Shown here: piece after piece, positions 14,031 to 27,299 of the stretch
Numbering within the stretch: the first letter of the stretch is position 1
How the letters are laid out: each line of letters starts with the position of its first letter
Assembly (NCBI RefSeq): GCF_006345805.1
Contig: NC_043019.1
Coordinates: 7,873,360 to 7,937,359, forward strand
DNA: 64,000 nucleotides
Reading direction: 5' to 3'
Origin: Octopus sinensis
Taxonomy: Eukaryota
The notes under the pieces: generated by a model
The model's database searches: none
The model's input: only the letters and a program-made list of their open reading frames with translations
What the model was told of the DNA's origin: nothing
Translations under genes and position numbers: made by a program

Positions 14031-14876
14031 AGCGATGATCAGCGAATATTCGGAGGGAGCTAAATTCTACTTGTAAAACACTTGGAGAGGTCTTCAATTT
14101 CTGACACGCGCTAGCAAGACTCTCTCAAGGTAATTGGTCCACTGGATTTTCTAGATTAGATGCACTGCACCATTCCGTTTAAAAGAGAGGGAGTTATCTG
14201 ATACTAATCACCCTGAAGGAAGAGCGATAAGCTTAAAAAATTTCTATTATACCTCTTCTCTTCCGGTAAGAGAGGAAGTGTGCAACATCCATATTCTAAT
14301 GTAGAGTGTTGCTTATTAATTGTTATGAGTGTGAAACAATTACTAGACGGAATTAATTAATACTAATTAATGCATTTTCTCCCATATAGAACATTCTTAA
14401 AGGATTCCGTCTTTTTTGTTTGTTGTCAATATATGATTGTCAAGTTTCATCTTATTGTATTGTAAATTACACAATCCTGATGAAAAACGAAGTTTAATTA
14501 ATTGCAAGATAGCGTTATTTAAAGCCGTACACTACGAGATTACGTTTTTAACACATTATTTGGTTCTCTGTCTTTCAACTTCGCCATTTTTTATCGATTA
14601 CATTCCTCGTCCTCTTTCCTTATTCTTATAACTTTTAATCCGTTACTTGATTATTGGTTTCTTTTCATGCAAAAGTCTCTTTCTTTTACGATGTCATTTT
14701 GAGGGAAGGGCAAACCAGGTCAATTTACTCAGTAGAGACCTACATTTGTAACTGTCGTCTGGTATGCTTAGAAATAAGAATACATCAATCCAGCCAGCCA
14801 GTCATCCTTACATACACACATACGCATATACACATATATGCACACATATGTATATTTGTATGAGGATAGTATGCTG

Positions 14877-14953
<77 letters not shown>

Positions 14954-14961
14954 AGCTGTCC

Positions 14962-14962
14962 A

Positions 14963-15017
<55 letters not shown>

Positions 15018-15018
15018 A
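14962..15018. repeat. (TATC)n microsatellite
   Basis: Direct inspection. Confidence 0.95.
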
Positions 15019-16199
15019 TAAATATACACGCACATACATACATACATATGTTTACATATATACACACATAAATACATACATATATATATATGCACGCAAA
15101 CAAAACGTATGTTGGTAGAAAACCGCCTCGATGGCGGTATATCTGCACTTAGAGGAAGGGATTCAGACTGGGTCAAAAACACTGATTTTGATGAATTCTA
15201 AAATGCCGAGCCGACACTCGATACAATAAATAACTTCGGGCCTGATATTGGAATTCCAGCACCAACAGATAAATAAAGATTCCGCTTAAAGTATAGCGAT
15301 TCTACCCCCAGTGGAACAACACCCAGACAAATATACCAGCTGCAACAACAACATTAGAAAAACGTAGAACTGTACCAGCAGTGATTACGATACTAGTTGC
15401 ATCTTTCTTCCCCAAACCCAACCCCCAATGTCCCTCTCATTACTGACAACAGCAAAAGAAACAAAAAAATCTGACGCCAAATTATTAACAAAACATCAAA
15501 TCCATAACAATTACGTGAAGCCTATTTCTGCCTTGAATAGCTCTTCGTTACTTATTTCACTGTAATCGTAGGCCTGGAATTTGAGATATGTTGTCAGTCG
15601 ATTATAATCGTCGGTAATATTTTGCTAATATAACATTTTTCTCTCTTAATGGCAGAAATATGAATGAAAAATTTCATCACAACAAGATTTTTACTCAAAC
15701 ACCAAATGTCGGGAACAAAAGTGGCAAGGCATTTTATTTTAACTAACATGAAGATTTTAGTTTACTCTGCGTTGAATCTGTTCTGCAAACCAGAATGGCC
15801 GAAACAAAACTCAAACTCACGCCATAAAAATAGCTATGGAAATGTTAGAGTAGGAAACAGGCAGAGAGATATGAAGCAGGTCTAGATTAGTCGGAGGCAT
15901 GACACACAGGTCACGAATGTCGGTGAAGTAACTTTCACAAGTATTTGGGATTGATGCAACGAATGATGAAACAAGCAATGGTTGAATTATTTCATTTTTA
16001 CTGAATTTAATAAAAAGAATAACTGAAGTAAAATAGAGCCAGCGTGTGTGTCATCATTGGTGTAATGACCAACGCGATATAATACACATTATGTGCATGT
16101 ATGTGAGCATGCAGTTATGCGTGTGCATATGCTGCAAAGTAAGTTTGTATGTATATATATATGTTTGTGTGTGTATGTGTGTGTGTATATATATACGTG

Positions 16200-16258
<59 letters not shown>

Positions 16259-17559
16259 GCGTGTGTGTGTGTGTGTGATTTATTGGTGTATGTTTGAAAT
16301 ATGCACGGAGTAACCAAATTCTGTTTCTAACCTTCGCGTCTAAAGTGCGTTGCGTTCGAATTTAAGATTGATATCCTTTATCGATTCTCTGATCTTAAAA
16401 CGTTATATGATATCACTTCAAGTTCATTTCCTCTGTTATACTTCTTCATCGACTTCTTGATTGGTAGCGCCATCCTATACACACGGTTTACCCAAACTAA
16501 ATACGAACGTAACCAATTAATTTTCTTCTATGCCATGGAATACCGATTTTAAAATTATGTATTTCCTCGAAGCTATCATGTCTTCTATTTTTGAACGTTT
16601 CATCAATAAATTTAAGATAGAGATGTTTGGCCAGAAGAGATTCACGTAATGAACATGCAGCCTGTTACAGAATCATTATGAATTCTTTTTCGATTTTTAT
16701 ACTTGCAATAATTGTTTCTTTAATTCCTCCTGGAATCGCTCGCCTTCTTTTGTTAACTTTTCGATAATTACTGAGATGATGCTTACTCGTTTCATTTCAG
16801 CGCTACTTTGAGGAATCCATTATTGCTGTAACCTTCTAAGAAGCAACACAAAAGCTCCTTTATTTCATTCATGATATTTCTTCTATGCTTCCTTGATTGC
16901 GTACTTGAAATTGATGCAGCTTTCACTTTCCCTTCAAGTCATTTATTTTCTCTATAATTGCTCTCTGTTCACACCGTGGCTTAATTGGTTTCCAAGTGTA
17001 ATCCCATATTTTCTTTGCTCTCACGACGTCCGTATCTTTATAGAACTTCCATTCCTTCATTTAGAGATAACGCTAAGCTCTTAACACCAGCACTTGTTTT
17101 CTCTTCAATATTATTTCATCCAGAGCCGTTGAGGTTAGATTACATATTGTATCTGGGTGGAGTGAAGAAACGCAATTACTAATGAGAAATGATTCAGTAG
17201 ATGTCTTCTTCATACAAGTGGTTTATGCCATTGATATCCTTTATGCCTGCTTCAGTTCTCGTTTCCACTGCTTTGTTAATGATTCTTTGACATCAGAACA
17301 TATACATTCAAGTTTGATTTTTCTTTTCATTTCTGGTGTCTCTATAAAGTCAGACTTTTTTGCGAGTCAATTTGTTGATAAAAGTGCTGGATTCTTCCGT
17401 TTGTATTGGTTATCCGATACCGACAGTACTCTATCCTTAGACTTTGTGACATAGGATATTTACATAGCTTGTACTTTAGAAAAATACTTCGAGGCGGGAT
17501 TACAGCGTAACATCCCTGTAAAGCTGAAATGTCTTGTGCAAATTTATAAGTTTGCCGGT

Positions 17560-18600
17560 ACATGTCACAGAACTACTTTATTAACGGATGGTGTAATTTT
17601 CTAGCTCTCTCCATATATTTAACTTTTACTTCGATATACAATTTGTTGCGTTCATTTTGTAGATATTGACAGACGTTGAATGAATTGGGTATATTTGACA
17701 TTATGTATCCTGAATTGCTCCGATAAAGACTTTACCTGAATTTTACCTGAAAAATTTCTTTTGAAATTTCCCCTCAACTGAGATATTTGTGATCTTTTGA
17801 GATTTGCATTCCTGTAATATGGGATGTGATGGTTTTATGTCCAATAAAGACCTTGTCGGATTCTTCCACATGCATTAATCTTGTCTGAAACGATGTCTAA
17901 TTTTATGGAATTTGCGGAAAGTTGGATGGTTGACGTCTGTTGTGGGGTGGAGGTATTGATGTGCTTTCTGACCTGAGATGTTTCTTTCGGGATATATCTC
18001 TTAATTCGATGCCGTGTTATCGTTGGAGAACAGAAGGCAATATGTACATTTTATATATTGGATAGTTTGTGGTGACGTTTGAGACGCGAATGTTGATCTA
18101 ATTAAAGAACAGATGAAAGGAGATAATTGGGTTTATTTTCTGTTCATTTTATGGTCCCATTGTGCCGCTTCGTATATGAACATTATTTTACTTAGAAGTC
18201 GGTAGCTTCGTATTTTATACGATAATATTTGGTCGACTGTTGTTTACTCAGGGGACATTTAGGAGGTTATCCCATATAAACGGCGCTCTATGTTCTTGGT
18301 AATTAGAAAAGTGTGTTTGGAATGAATGTTATGGAGAGGAAACATAGAATTTGTAGGTGGCTTTGGATAAATATTTGAGGTTGAAGTATTTGATTGCTTT
18401 TACGCTTTATGTTCCTTTTTCAAATATGACAAATTTTAATGCTAAACCGTCGTCTTTGTATATTCTTTTACTTGTTGGAGATAAGGTTCTGTTTTTGTAG
18501 TATGACACTTAGGTCGAAAATCTCTATGCTTTCTTCCATCATTTACTCTTGTAAAATGGAAGGAGTTTATTCGATTTGCTTGTTACGATTATCTTCTAAG
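17560..18600 (-). mobile_element. Degenerate Penelope-like element (YRDD-type RT plus downstream region)
   Basis: Minus strand reads RIYKDDGLA at 18440-18466 (cf. GLYRDDGLA). It continues HSKHTFLITKNIERRLYGITS (cf. HP..I.K.IP..I.RRLS.ISS), NVHIAFCSP (cf. TVKISYSC.PN) and KVFIG (YIG-like), in the expected order with many stops and frameshifts. Confidence 0.6.
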
Positions 18601-19917
18601 ATTTCGATATAGCAGAATCGCTAGCGTACCACACAAAATTGCTTAGCAGCTTATCTTCCGGCTCTTTACAGATGTTCAATCGCTGGCGAGGTCGCCTGTG
18701 TCTTTCTCCCTTTCCTCGTCGACAAAGTAAGTACAATTTTAGCACTTGGTTCGATGCAAACACCTTACCCCCACCCTGTAAAATCTATTGGCTTTACTCC
18801 AAAATTTAAAACTAATGCTAAGCTTATATTTCGATGTATATTTATTCAAATTGGTAAGTTCGATAAAAGCTTAGAATCTCACAGTATCGAAAGTATGAAT
18901 TTGAAATGCCTTTCATTGTGTATTTGGCTGCTACAACTTGAAAATGATGTTTATGATGGTGGGCAATGCACTAATGATCTTCCGTATTATTTTCGTCTCG
19001 AATAATTGATAACATCAGGGATTTGTATTCATCGGATATTTTGCACTTCGAAGATCGATTTTATTTGAGGACTTCTAAGAATTTGCATTTGCGGTCTCAG
19101 TGAGAATTATGAGTGCAATTTTCCTAAACATTGTATCATGGCAACTTTTTGATAACTAGTTGCTATACGTTTGTGCTCCTAATTTAAGTGCATTGAATAT
19201 AATAAGACAATTTTCCCAATTGCTTAGAAAATATTTATCAAGAAGTACACTTGTCTCATTTTTACGCCTTGTTTTAATTTTACTTACGTATTTATATATT
19301 GTTTCCCAATTATAAAATTGAAATATTAAAGAAACACATGATAAAGGTCATTGTAATCAAATCTTGCAGATGAGAGAGGTTGGAGTTGGAGGACAAAAAT
19401 GAAGGTGGAAATTATTAATGACTACGTCATAGGGAATGGTTTCCAGTGATGGTCAGTTAAAGGTCATTAACAGCAAAACGATATCACAGAGGTAATATAG
19501 CACTTCTTGTTTATAGACTTATATATACGATTTGGAGAATCAATCAACTGATTAAAATGATTTGATATAAAATGCAGACATGTGTGTTGCTGCACATATG
19601 AAACAAAAAGTAACAAGAACTTGCATCTCCTCTCAAAAGCACACAATTTTGTGCATTACGTTGAATTCGGTATTACATACGTAACGAGTCTCAGCTAGTT
19701 ATGAAACAATTGTAGTGAATATTCAACCTGTTGCACACCTTTGGTTTTGGATATTTATTAACATTCTTAGCAGGGTTTGGTACGAAACCATGGGTTGCAT
19801 GGAGACAATTAGCTTACGGAAAATTCAATTTAACATCCTTATGGGAAGAAATATGTCACTTACGATGTTAATCGATTTTTATATCGACTCTTTCTGCTTT
19901 TGTCGTCTATACTAACC

Positions 19918-20145
19918 TATTTCTTTACTACCCACAAGAGGCTAAACATAGAGTAGACAAACAAGGACAGACAAACGGATTAAGTCGATTATATCGACCC
20001 CAGTGCGTAACTGGTACTTAATTTATCGACCCCGAAAGGATGAAAGGCAAAGTCGACCTCGGCGGAATTTGAACCCAGAACGTAACGGCAGACAAAATAC
20101 GGCTACACATTTCGCCCAGCGTGCTAACGTTTCTGCCAGCTCGCC
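19918..20145 (-). mobile_element. Young full-length SINE family A with 12-bp TSD
   Basis: Reverse complement matches 9666-9896. The direct repeat tctatactaacc lies at 19906-19917 and 20146-20157. Confidence 0.93.
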
Positions 20146-20739
20146 TCTATACTAACCGCTTATTTACTTGAAGCTTATGAACCTCCTACACTTAGATCCC
20201 TGGATCGTGCTTACCAATATATAAATGAGCGTGTGTGTGTGTGCGCGTGCGCGTATAAGTGTTTATGATTGTATGTGTGTGTCTGTGTGTGCATACATGG
20301 AAAGTGGTTTCTCAGGATGTTATATTTCTACACACTGGAAATATTTTCCTTTTATCTGGTGTAAAGCTATTCAAAGAAATTTCAGTTCCACCTCACCTCA
20401 CGAACCCTTCGTTCGGGATTACAATTGTTTAAGTTTTTCACTTGCGTGTAAAAAGGAAATCGTTGAAAACGAGGCAGAAATTCCTTTGTAGTTAATTCAT
20501 TTGCCCTGTTTTGCTTTTAAATTCTTATTTTCAGTTCTCTGCTGCCAGTAACTAACTCTTAAAGTCTGAAGCCGGAAAAATCTCTGCTTTGGTAAACGTG
20601 AACAAAAATCTACGGATATATTGACAATAAAGAATTTTCAACGTGGGGATTTGGGTCACCAAAATACTTGGAAATATTTGAACTGAAAGTTTCGTCGATT
20701 AGGGAGAAAGATTTAATATTCTGAAAACAACTCAGCTAC

Positions 20740-20905
20740 GTGTTTGCCCGTACAACTTGATAACCGGTGTTTCTTGTGTTACGTCCCCGTAGCTTGCTGA
20801 AGGTGTGCCATACAGACTTTTGAAACGGTAACGGGGTTAATTGCTTCGACGAAAACCTTCAAATGCAGGTCACTAAAATGGCCGTCATTCAACGACCGCA
20901 ACTAG
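20740..20905 (+). mobile_element. Degenerate SINE family B, 3' half
   Basis: gtgtttgcccg...cttgataaccggtgtt...ttacgtccccgtagct... resembles the family B 3' half. Confidence 0.55.
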
Positions 20906-21404
20906 AAAAGGGGGAAAGAGGAAAGAAAGGTGGTATGATCTGTCTCATGTTGTTTCGACTGCAGAATTATATGGCGGCTAACTATGTCTATAGAAAAAAA
21001 TATCTGAAAAAGCAAAATCTATCACTCAGCTCATAAATCGATACAATGCATGTGATCGAACAACCGAATGTGCAGGAAGATCAATTTCCTTTATATAAGT
21101 ATGCATGTGTATATATGTTGTGTGTGTGTGTATATGTGATTGTGTGTATGTTCGTAGGTGTGTGTTTGGGTACTTGTATTTGTGCGTGAGAATTAATGTG
21201 CTTTATGCAGTTCTGCTTTTGAAGTAGAAGCGTATTAATTGTGATGTTTCATTCTCAACAAACCACACCAGCAATCGTCACTGTTGAGCTGCCAACTGTT
21301 CGCTTGAATTGTTTCAACGTGGTTGATGAAGATCTGAATTTGGAAGCGGAGAAAGAAAAAAAACATCCTGCGCGAAAAAACGTTGAAAATGTCACAATAA
21401 CACA

Positions 21405-21458
<54 letters not shown>

Positions 21459-21539
21459 GCAACTGCTGCTGCTGCAATCTCTCTATCGATCTATCTAACT
21501 ATGTGTTTGTATATATATATATATATATATATATATGCA

Positions 21540-21746
21540 TGTATCGGAGAACTCCTGCGATCAATAATAGCCATGAGATTGTACTTAGAAAATTACCCTC
21601 CAAGGCACAAGTATGTGCAGGGTTGTTTATGGAAGATCAACAGCCGCCCATGCATACCAGCCTCCCCTCTCCACACCACCGATGTTATCCAAGGGAAAGG
21701 CAAAAGTCGAAACAGCTTGGCACCAGAGACGTTGCAACTCATTTTT

Positions 21747-21747
<1 letters not shown>
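21540..21747 (-). mobile_element. SINE family C fragment
   Basis: ccgatgttatccaagggaaaggcaaaag...acagcttggcaccagagacgttgcaactcattt is the reverse complement of the motif set at 55430-55530. Confidence 0.65.
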
Positions 21748-21792
<45 letters not shown>

Positions 21793-22937
21793 GTTAGTTA
21801 GTTAGTTAGTTAGTTAGTTAATTTGGCTCAAAAGCAAATAGCAAGGCCATGTAGGGGGACATGGAGTTAAGTACAGGGTGGTGTTCATGTAAAGAGTTCA
21901 GGCTACTTGAGGTCCAGGGAGGCTTTGAACAAAGCGGTCGTCGGCATCTTCACCATCTCGTCTGGCAGCTTGTCCCACGGATCCGCAACCCGGACGGAGA
22001 AAGCTCCTCTCCTTCGATTGAGATGAAATCGTCGCAGGTAGAGCTTTTCGGAATGACCCCGCAGCCGACGCTCTGGAGCAGGAGTGAAGAACAGCTCTTT
22101 CGAGAGGTTACACTTTCCGCTTATGATGTTGTGGGCGAGAATGAGATCACCACGGAGGCGGCGTTTTTCAAGAGAATAAAGGTCGAGCGTCCTCAGCCTT
22201 TCTTCGTTGGACAAATTTTTGAGACCATGAACCATGCGGGTAGCCAGCTTCTGGACTCTTTCGAGATGCTGTATGTCTTTGAGGAGATAAGGAGAAGAGG
22301 CTTGAATCCCATACTCCAATATGGGTCTCACCAGCGTGACATAGAGTGGTAGGAATATGGCTGCCGTGAGCATTCCGAATGACCGTCGAATCAAGAACAG
22401 AATTCCGCGTGCTTTGTTGGCAGCATGGACGCACTGGGCCGAAGGCGAAAAGGAGGAATCCACCAAGATACCCAGGTCCTTTACCTGATCGGTCCTCTCC
22501 AGCAGCACACGACCCGGCTCGAAATCAAGTTGAGTTGCAGGAGTAGAGCCGACAGGCAGATGACAGCACTTTGACACGTTCAGACACAGGTCCCAATCGT
22601 TAGACCACTTCCAAATTTGGTGGAGGCATCGACGAAGATCCTCTATATTACCGCGAGGAGCGATCAGTTTGATATCGTCGGCAAATAGAAGGGTGTGGTG
22701 CGTGAGGTCGTCGGGCAAGTCATTTATGAAGACTAAGAACAACAAGGGCCCAAGCACTGAACCTTGAGGCACGCCACTGCTCGCACTGGAGACGTCGGAC
22801 CGCGAAACATTAACTTGGACTTGGAAGGAGCGATCTGAGAGGAAGGTACCAACCCATCGTACAATATCCGGATGGAAACTATATGCTTGAAGCTTGACAA
22901 GTAATAGGCGGTGGTTTACCGAGTCAAAAGCTTTGGC
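21793..22937 (-). mobile_element. Young 5'-truncated CR1-type LINE: RT domain and C-terminus, 3' UTR and (TAAC)7 tail
   Basis: The frame is open from 22937 to the stop at 21903: AKAFDSVNH...GVPQGSVLGPLLFLVFINDLP...LLFADDIK...LERVQKLATRMV...RRLRGDLI...LRGHSEKL. The 3' UTR has a hairpin (ccatgt-ccccct-acatgg). (GTTA)7 lies at 21793-21820 and both flanks are (TA)n. Confidence 0.95.
21903..22937 (-). pseudogene. Reverse transcriptase ORF fragment (345 codons, no native start) of the CR1-type LINE
   Basis: The supplied 289-aa ORF extends 55 codons upstream without a stop to the truncation point. Endonuclease and N-terminal RT are missing. Confidence 0.9.
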
Positions 22938-22949
22938 ATGTATATATAT

Positions 22950-22981
<32 letters not shown>

Positions 22982-23599
22982 CATATAATATATATATATG
23001 TATATATATGTATGTATGTATGTATGTATATATTTACCATCGAAATTTAGGGCTGATTGAGCAAAATGCTAATGTGTGTATTAAATATGAATATAAAAAG
23101 TTAGGGGCAGTCGAATACTTATCATCATTTCGCTAAACAAATGGGATGTAAATTGAATTGAAATGTAAGAATTTCATTGGAAGCAGCATGAGGTGATGAT
23201 TTTCGTTGCTACGACTGACTCAAACGCTACAGTGGTGAAGGCAAGCCACTGGCTTTGGTTAAAAAGAGACGATGATCAATGGATTGAAGAACATTGAATG
23301 AAGCCTGTTGCTGTCCTGTATGTGGGACTTTTACTGGTGAGGAATGATATTAAACTGCAACACCTTCAAAGTGCTTGTGTTCACAAATAATGCAAGAATA
23401 TTAACATCGGGTTATCGTCACGCGCGAGGGTGGTCGTATAGAAAAGACAGAATTAACACAGCTTGTTCATTAATATGGCACAAACTCTCTTTTCCCTACG
23501 ACAACGTCTAGAAACATGGCATGCATACAATATATAATATTATTTAATATCCAACCCCCTCCATCGTGAGATAAAAGATTTTCCTTGCTAGAGGAGAAA

Positions 23600-24860
23600 C
23601 ATGTGCAAGTTACCTTTTTAGGTATCTACATGAAAAATATTTGAAATAATAGGAAAAGCTTGAAGATTTGGGCATTTTAAAATTTCTTTCTTGTTGCTTC
23701 TAATTTTACAGGAAAGGCATTGATTCATCTCTGATGTTTCACTTATTTCCTGACCAAGAAAACTCCTTTCTCTGATCATAGAGCCCTTCTCAAATAATAC
23801 CGCCCTTCCCATATATTACCGACCTTCCCGGTGTTTGTGTTAAAGTTTGAATATGACAATATATCATTGGATAGATTTCCTGCTTTGATAATCATATGAC
23901 ATTTCAAGAAGTATGGGATTGATCTTCGATACCAGCTTTTGTTAATCACGTTTAGGATGTAATATTTGGCATTATTACTGTTTTAAAAAGAACTTCTCTC
24001 CGGATAACGTCGGGTGCTTGAGGCTTTGCAGCCGTCAAAAAGATATAGATCTATTTCCATTTTCGATCGATTTGAAATATTTGTTTCCATGCTTGATAAT
24101 CTCTGCTGTTGATTTCCTTTTCAATAATACTTCTTTTTTTCAGGATATTTTTGTCTTTTGTTCTTTCTTTCACATTTTTATATTTCTCGATAATATAGTA
24201 TTCTTTTGTCCTATAGTCTGTACTGATCTTAGCATAGTCTCTCATGGGCATTTCTGCTTTTTATTTCATTTATCTGTGACTTTGATAATATCTTGTTGTT
24301 CACTGATTCGCAATGGTCTTTTTGTTATTTATCCTCAAGCATTTTAACTGCTTCACTAACCATTTTTCTATTGCTTTTTTTATATCTAAAGCATCAACAC
24401 AATTCACTTGAAGAATTTTATTTTTCGGATTTGACTATTTCTTTCAAAATCTCACATGGAATTTTTACAATTTTCTTTAAGAATCTTTAAGCAATTTGTA
24501 CTATTTCCATCTGTGTTCTTTAAGAGCATCACTTTCTGCATTCTGTTTTCTGCCTCTCAGCAAATTCTTATATTACTGTATCCTATTATTTCCCGTATTT
24601 TGTTTTAAGGCTACAAAATTGTCTATTCTCTTTATTATTTCATCTTGCTCCTGTTCGCTCGGATTAACCCTTAGATTAGTCTTAATCTCGCACGTGTCTA
24701 ATTGCAGTAATTCCATTTGTAGAAATGACGTTGGTTTTTCTCTGTGCTTTAAGAAAATAAAATCTTATATACTATCACCTCATAATTTGACTACCATTTT
24801 CAGTCAGTCACCTTGTCGTTGCCTAGGTTACTTAACCTCAGTCCAATTATATTCATGGAA
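23600..24860 (-). mobile_element. Highly decayed LINE, probably RTE-like (EN end to RT start)
   Basis: Scattered motifs on the minus strand in plausible order: DFIFLK...IKTNLR (EN end), CKAS...REVL (cf. KASGPDGIP.EVL), KSWYRRSIP, KCPNLQAFPII (cf. KNLPAIITF). All are weak. Confidence 0.4.
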
Positions 24861-25164
24861 AGTTATCGTCTAAGACATACCGTTCGTGACCATCTCATTT
24901 GTTTTAATTACACAGCATAAAAATACATTATCCTTTTGTCTTTCCCGTTGCTAAGAAGAGAAGAGAAGATATGCGTTAAATCTGGCTGCTATTTCTAGAA
25001 ACTCTTTTGTCTTTTATATCAGATTATGTGGTTTAAAATCAAATAAAATTTCAGTCTAAAGACAAGAGCTCCATGGCATTATGGCTGAGAATATCCAGTA
25101 GTCTTTGGTGTGTTGTAAGCAGATTATATTGGTTTCAAATTCTGACATAAATCTGTAATTTCGT

Positions 25165-25335
25165 TGGAGAGGATAAGTCAACTAAATCGACCCCAGTGCT
25201 TCACAGTTAATTATTTTATCGATCCCGAAATGATGAATGACAAAGTCGACCTCGCCGGAACTAGACCACAGAGCGTAAAGACGCACCAAATGCCGCTAAG
25301 CATTTCGCCTAAAAGTTATTCCAGCTCGTTGCCTC
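25165..25335 (-). mobile_element. SINE family A, diverged copy
   Basis: tcgaccccagtgc...ttatcgatcccgaaatgatgaatgacaaagtcgacctcg...ccgctaagcatttcgcc...ccagctcg. Further diverged minus copies lie at ~29670-29870 and ~30490-30690, and plus copies at ~31394-31490 and ~43447-43640. Confidence 0.8.
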
Positions 25336-26824
25336 TCTAAGACAGATTATATTAACTAACGCTTATATATAATATATTTGAGATTATATGGGGATATATT
25401 AAGGTGTATCAGCAGCTGATTCTAGTATGAGCTCCAAGAGTAACCCTGTCATTTGAAAATTATATCTTTAAGATTGCTGTCCGTGCGTATTATCCCTCTA
25501 ATATAATATTTTATTGAAAGGTTCTAAGATCCTCTTTCACAGAATTTGGATAAATCCGCATTTAGAAGATTTCCCACAAGCACAGATTGCTCATTATGTT
25601 ATAAAAGATAATATTCCTACACATACACATAAGCGTGTACTCAAACACGCACATATATATTGGAATGCTTAGTAAGTTTATAGTTTAACATTGATTCAAT
25701 GCATTTGTAACTCAGTTTATAATTATTGTGCTAAAAACTGACACCTGGTATGTGGTTGTCGCTGCTGGTGTTGTTGTTGTTAAGCAACAAGACGGGTAAG
25801 GGTGATTAGGTGATGGTCTAGGGCTTAGGGTCGGGAAAACCTAGACCTTGGAAAAAAAAACTTTGTTCGTCTTGTTGTAGTCGAGGGCTCTTCGTTGACG
25901 CCCGACACCACTTGGAGGTGGCCCTCGAAGTTGCTGAAAATGGAGATCTCTAGGTCCAAGTTCTTGAACGGCTGTCGCTGCTGTTGTGGCGTTGGGGAAT
26001 GAAAAGCAAAATTTCTTGGGCTCGCAAAGAAGTGGCTAACAACATCCGTCAACGATTACCAGAAGATTTTATTAACGCACATAATGTTTTAACTGTGTTT
26101 GTTTTCGACAAATTCAAATGGCAATAATTACACACAAGGAGAGAAATAATGCTTGCGTTTGACCACAAGTTAACTGATATAGCAATATGTGGTTGTTCAT
26201 CACAACTGGGAAGTACTTGCTCCATATTCGAGGCGACGGAAATTCCTGTCTACTGTCAACTTTATCCTGTCTTATTCGGCGCGATGTATTGATGAGAATG
26301 GAGACGAGGGGTGTCTGTGTCAACATTCTGGTTATTACCTCCAAAATGCACCTTCTGTTAGGGCTCAAGGAAAAAGGTTCTATAAAATTGAATAAAAAAT
26401 GAGTTGATGTTGGTTGGTCGATTAGTAGACCGATCGCCTGAATCATTTATGGTTTGATCGAAATGTCTGCTCGTCTATCTAGCAGTTCGGTTTCGAATCG
26501 CAGTTGCAGGACTGAAAACGTATGGACAGAATTCAGTATCGTAGCATCTTTTAAGATGGACCTAAAAGAAATACATTTGTGAAATACATTGTTAGTGTAA
26601 ATGATATTGACGGAATAAAGAGAAAAATTCTTATGTATTAGGACAGGTCTTCATGGTATAAAAGAAACGCGTCACCCCTTTGGAGTGGTGTCTATGTATG
26701 CGTATGTGTATGTATATGTATGTCTATGTATGTGTGTGTACACGTGAGCAATTAACTCGGTGAAGCATGTACACATTAATTGTTACTTACTTGTGTCTAA
26801 TCTCCAAGATAACTTCTTATATAT

Positions 26825-27225
26825 AGAGGCACGGGGATAGCTGTGTGCTACGAGAGTTCTCTGCCAACCACATGTTCCCCAGTTCAATCTCACTGCATAG
26901 ATTCTAGGTTAAGTATCTTCTATTACATCTTCAGGGCTACCGAACCCTTGCGAGTGGATTTCATTGACGGAAACCGAAAGATGCCCGTACATTATATAAG
27001 TATATGCGCGTGTGTCTGCCTGCGTGCGTGCCTTTGTGACTTGTGTCTGTGTTTGGCTCACAGCACTAGTCGACAACCTGTCGTTTGGCTAAAAGAATCG
27101 ATAATATATATTCCAGGTTTCAAATCTTAGAAATCTTGCGTATGATTCATTTGGCTAAAATTCTCTCAGCCGATGCCTCAGCATGGCCGCAGTCCAATGA
27201 CTGAAGCAAGTAAAACAGAAAAAGA
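26825..27225 (+). mobile_element. Diverged SINE family B copy
   Basis: Head ...gctgtgtgctacgagag...ccaaccacatgttcc...gagtggatttcattgacggaaaccgaaagatgcccg, an internal dinucleotide tract, and tail gcatggccgcagtccaatgactgaagcaagtaaaa. Confidence 0.7.
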
Positions 27226-27299
27226 TTCCTCTTCGTCATAACAAACATTTTTTTCTATCGCTAACGAACTAAATAATTTCCAATTATTCTTTCGTAAGC

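Noticed and set aside
16320-17500. Possible decayed CR1/L2 LINE on the minus strand
   Set aside because: Only one motif (NWLRSYL at ~16498-16518) is recognisable, which is insufficient.
23165-23225. Short inverted similarity to 45015-45085
   Set aside because: Probably two remnants of an unclassified dispersed repeat, too short and diverged to interpret.
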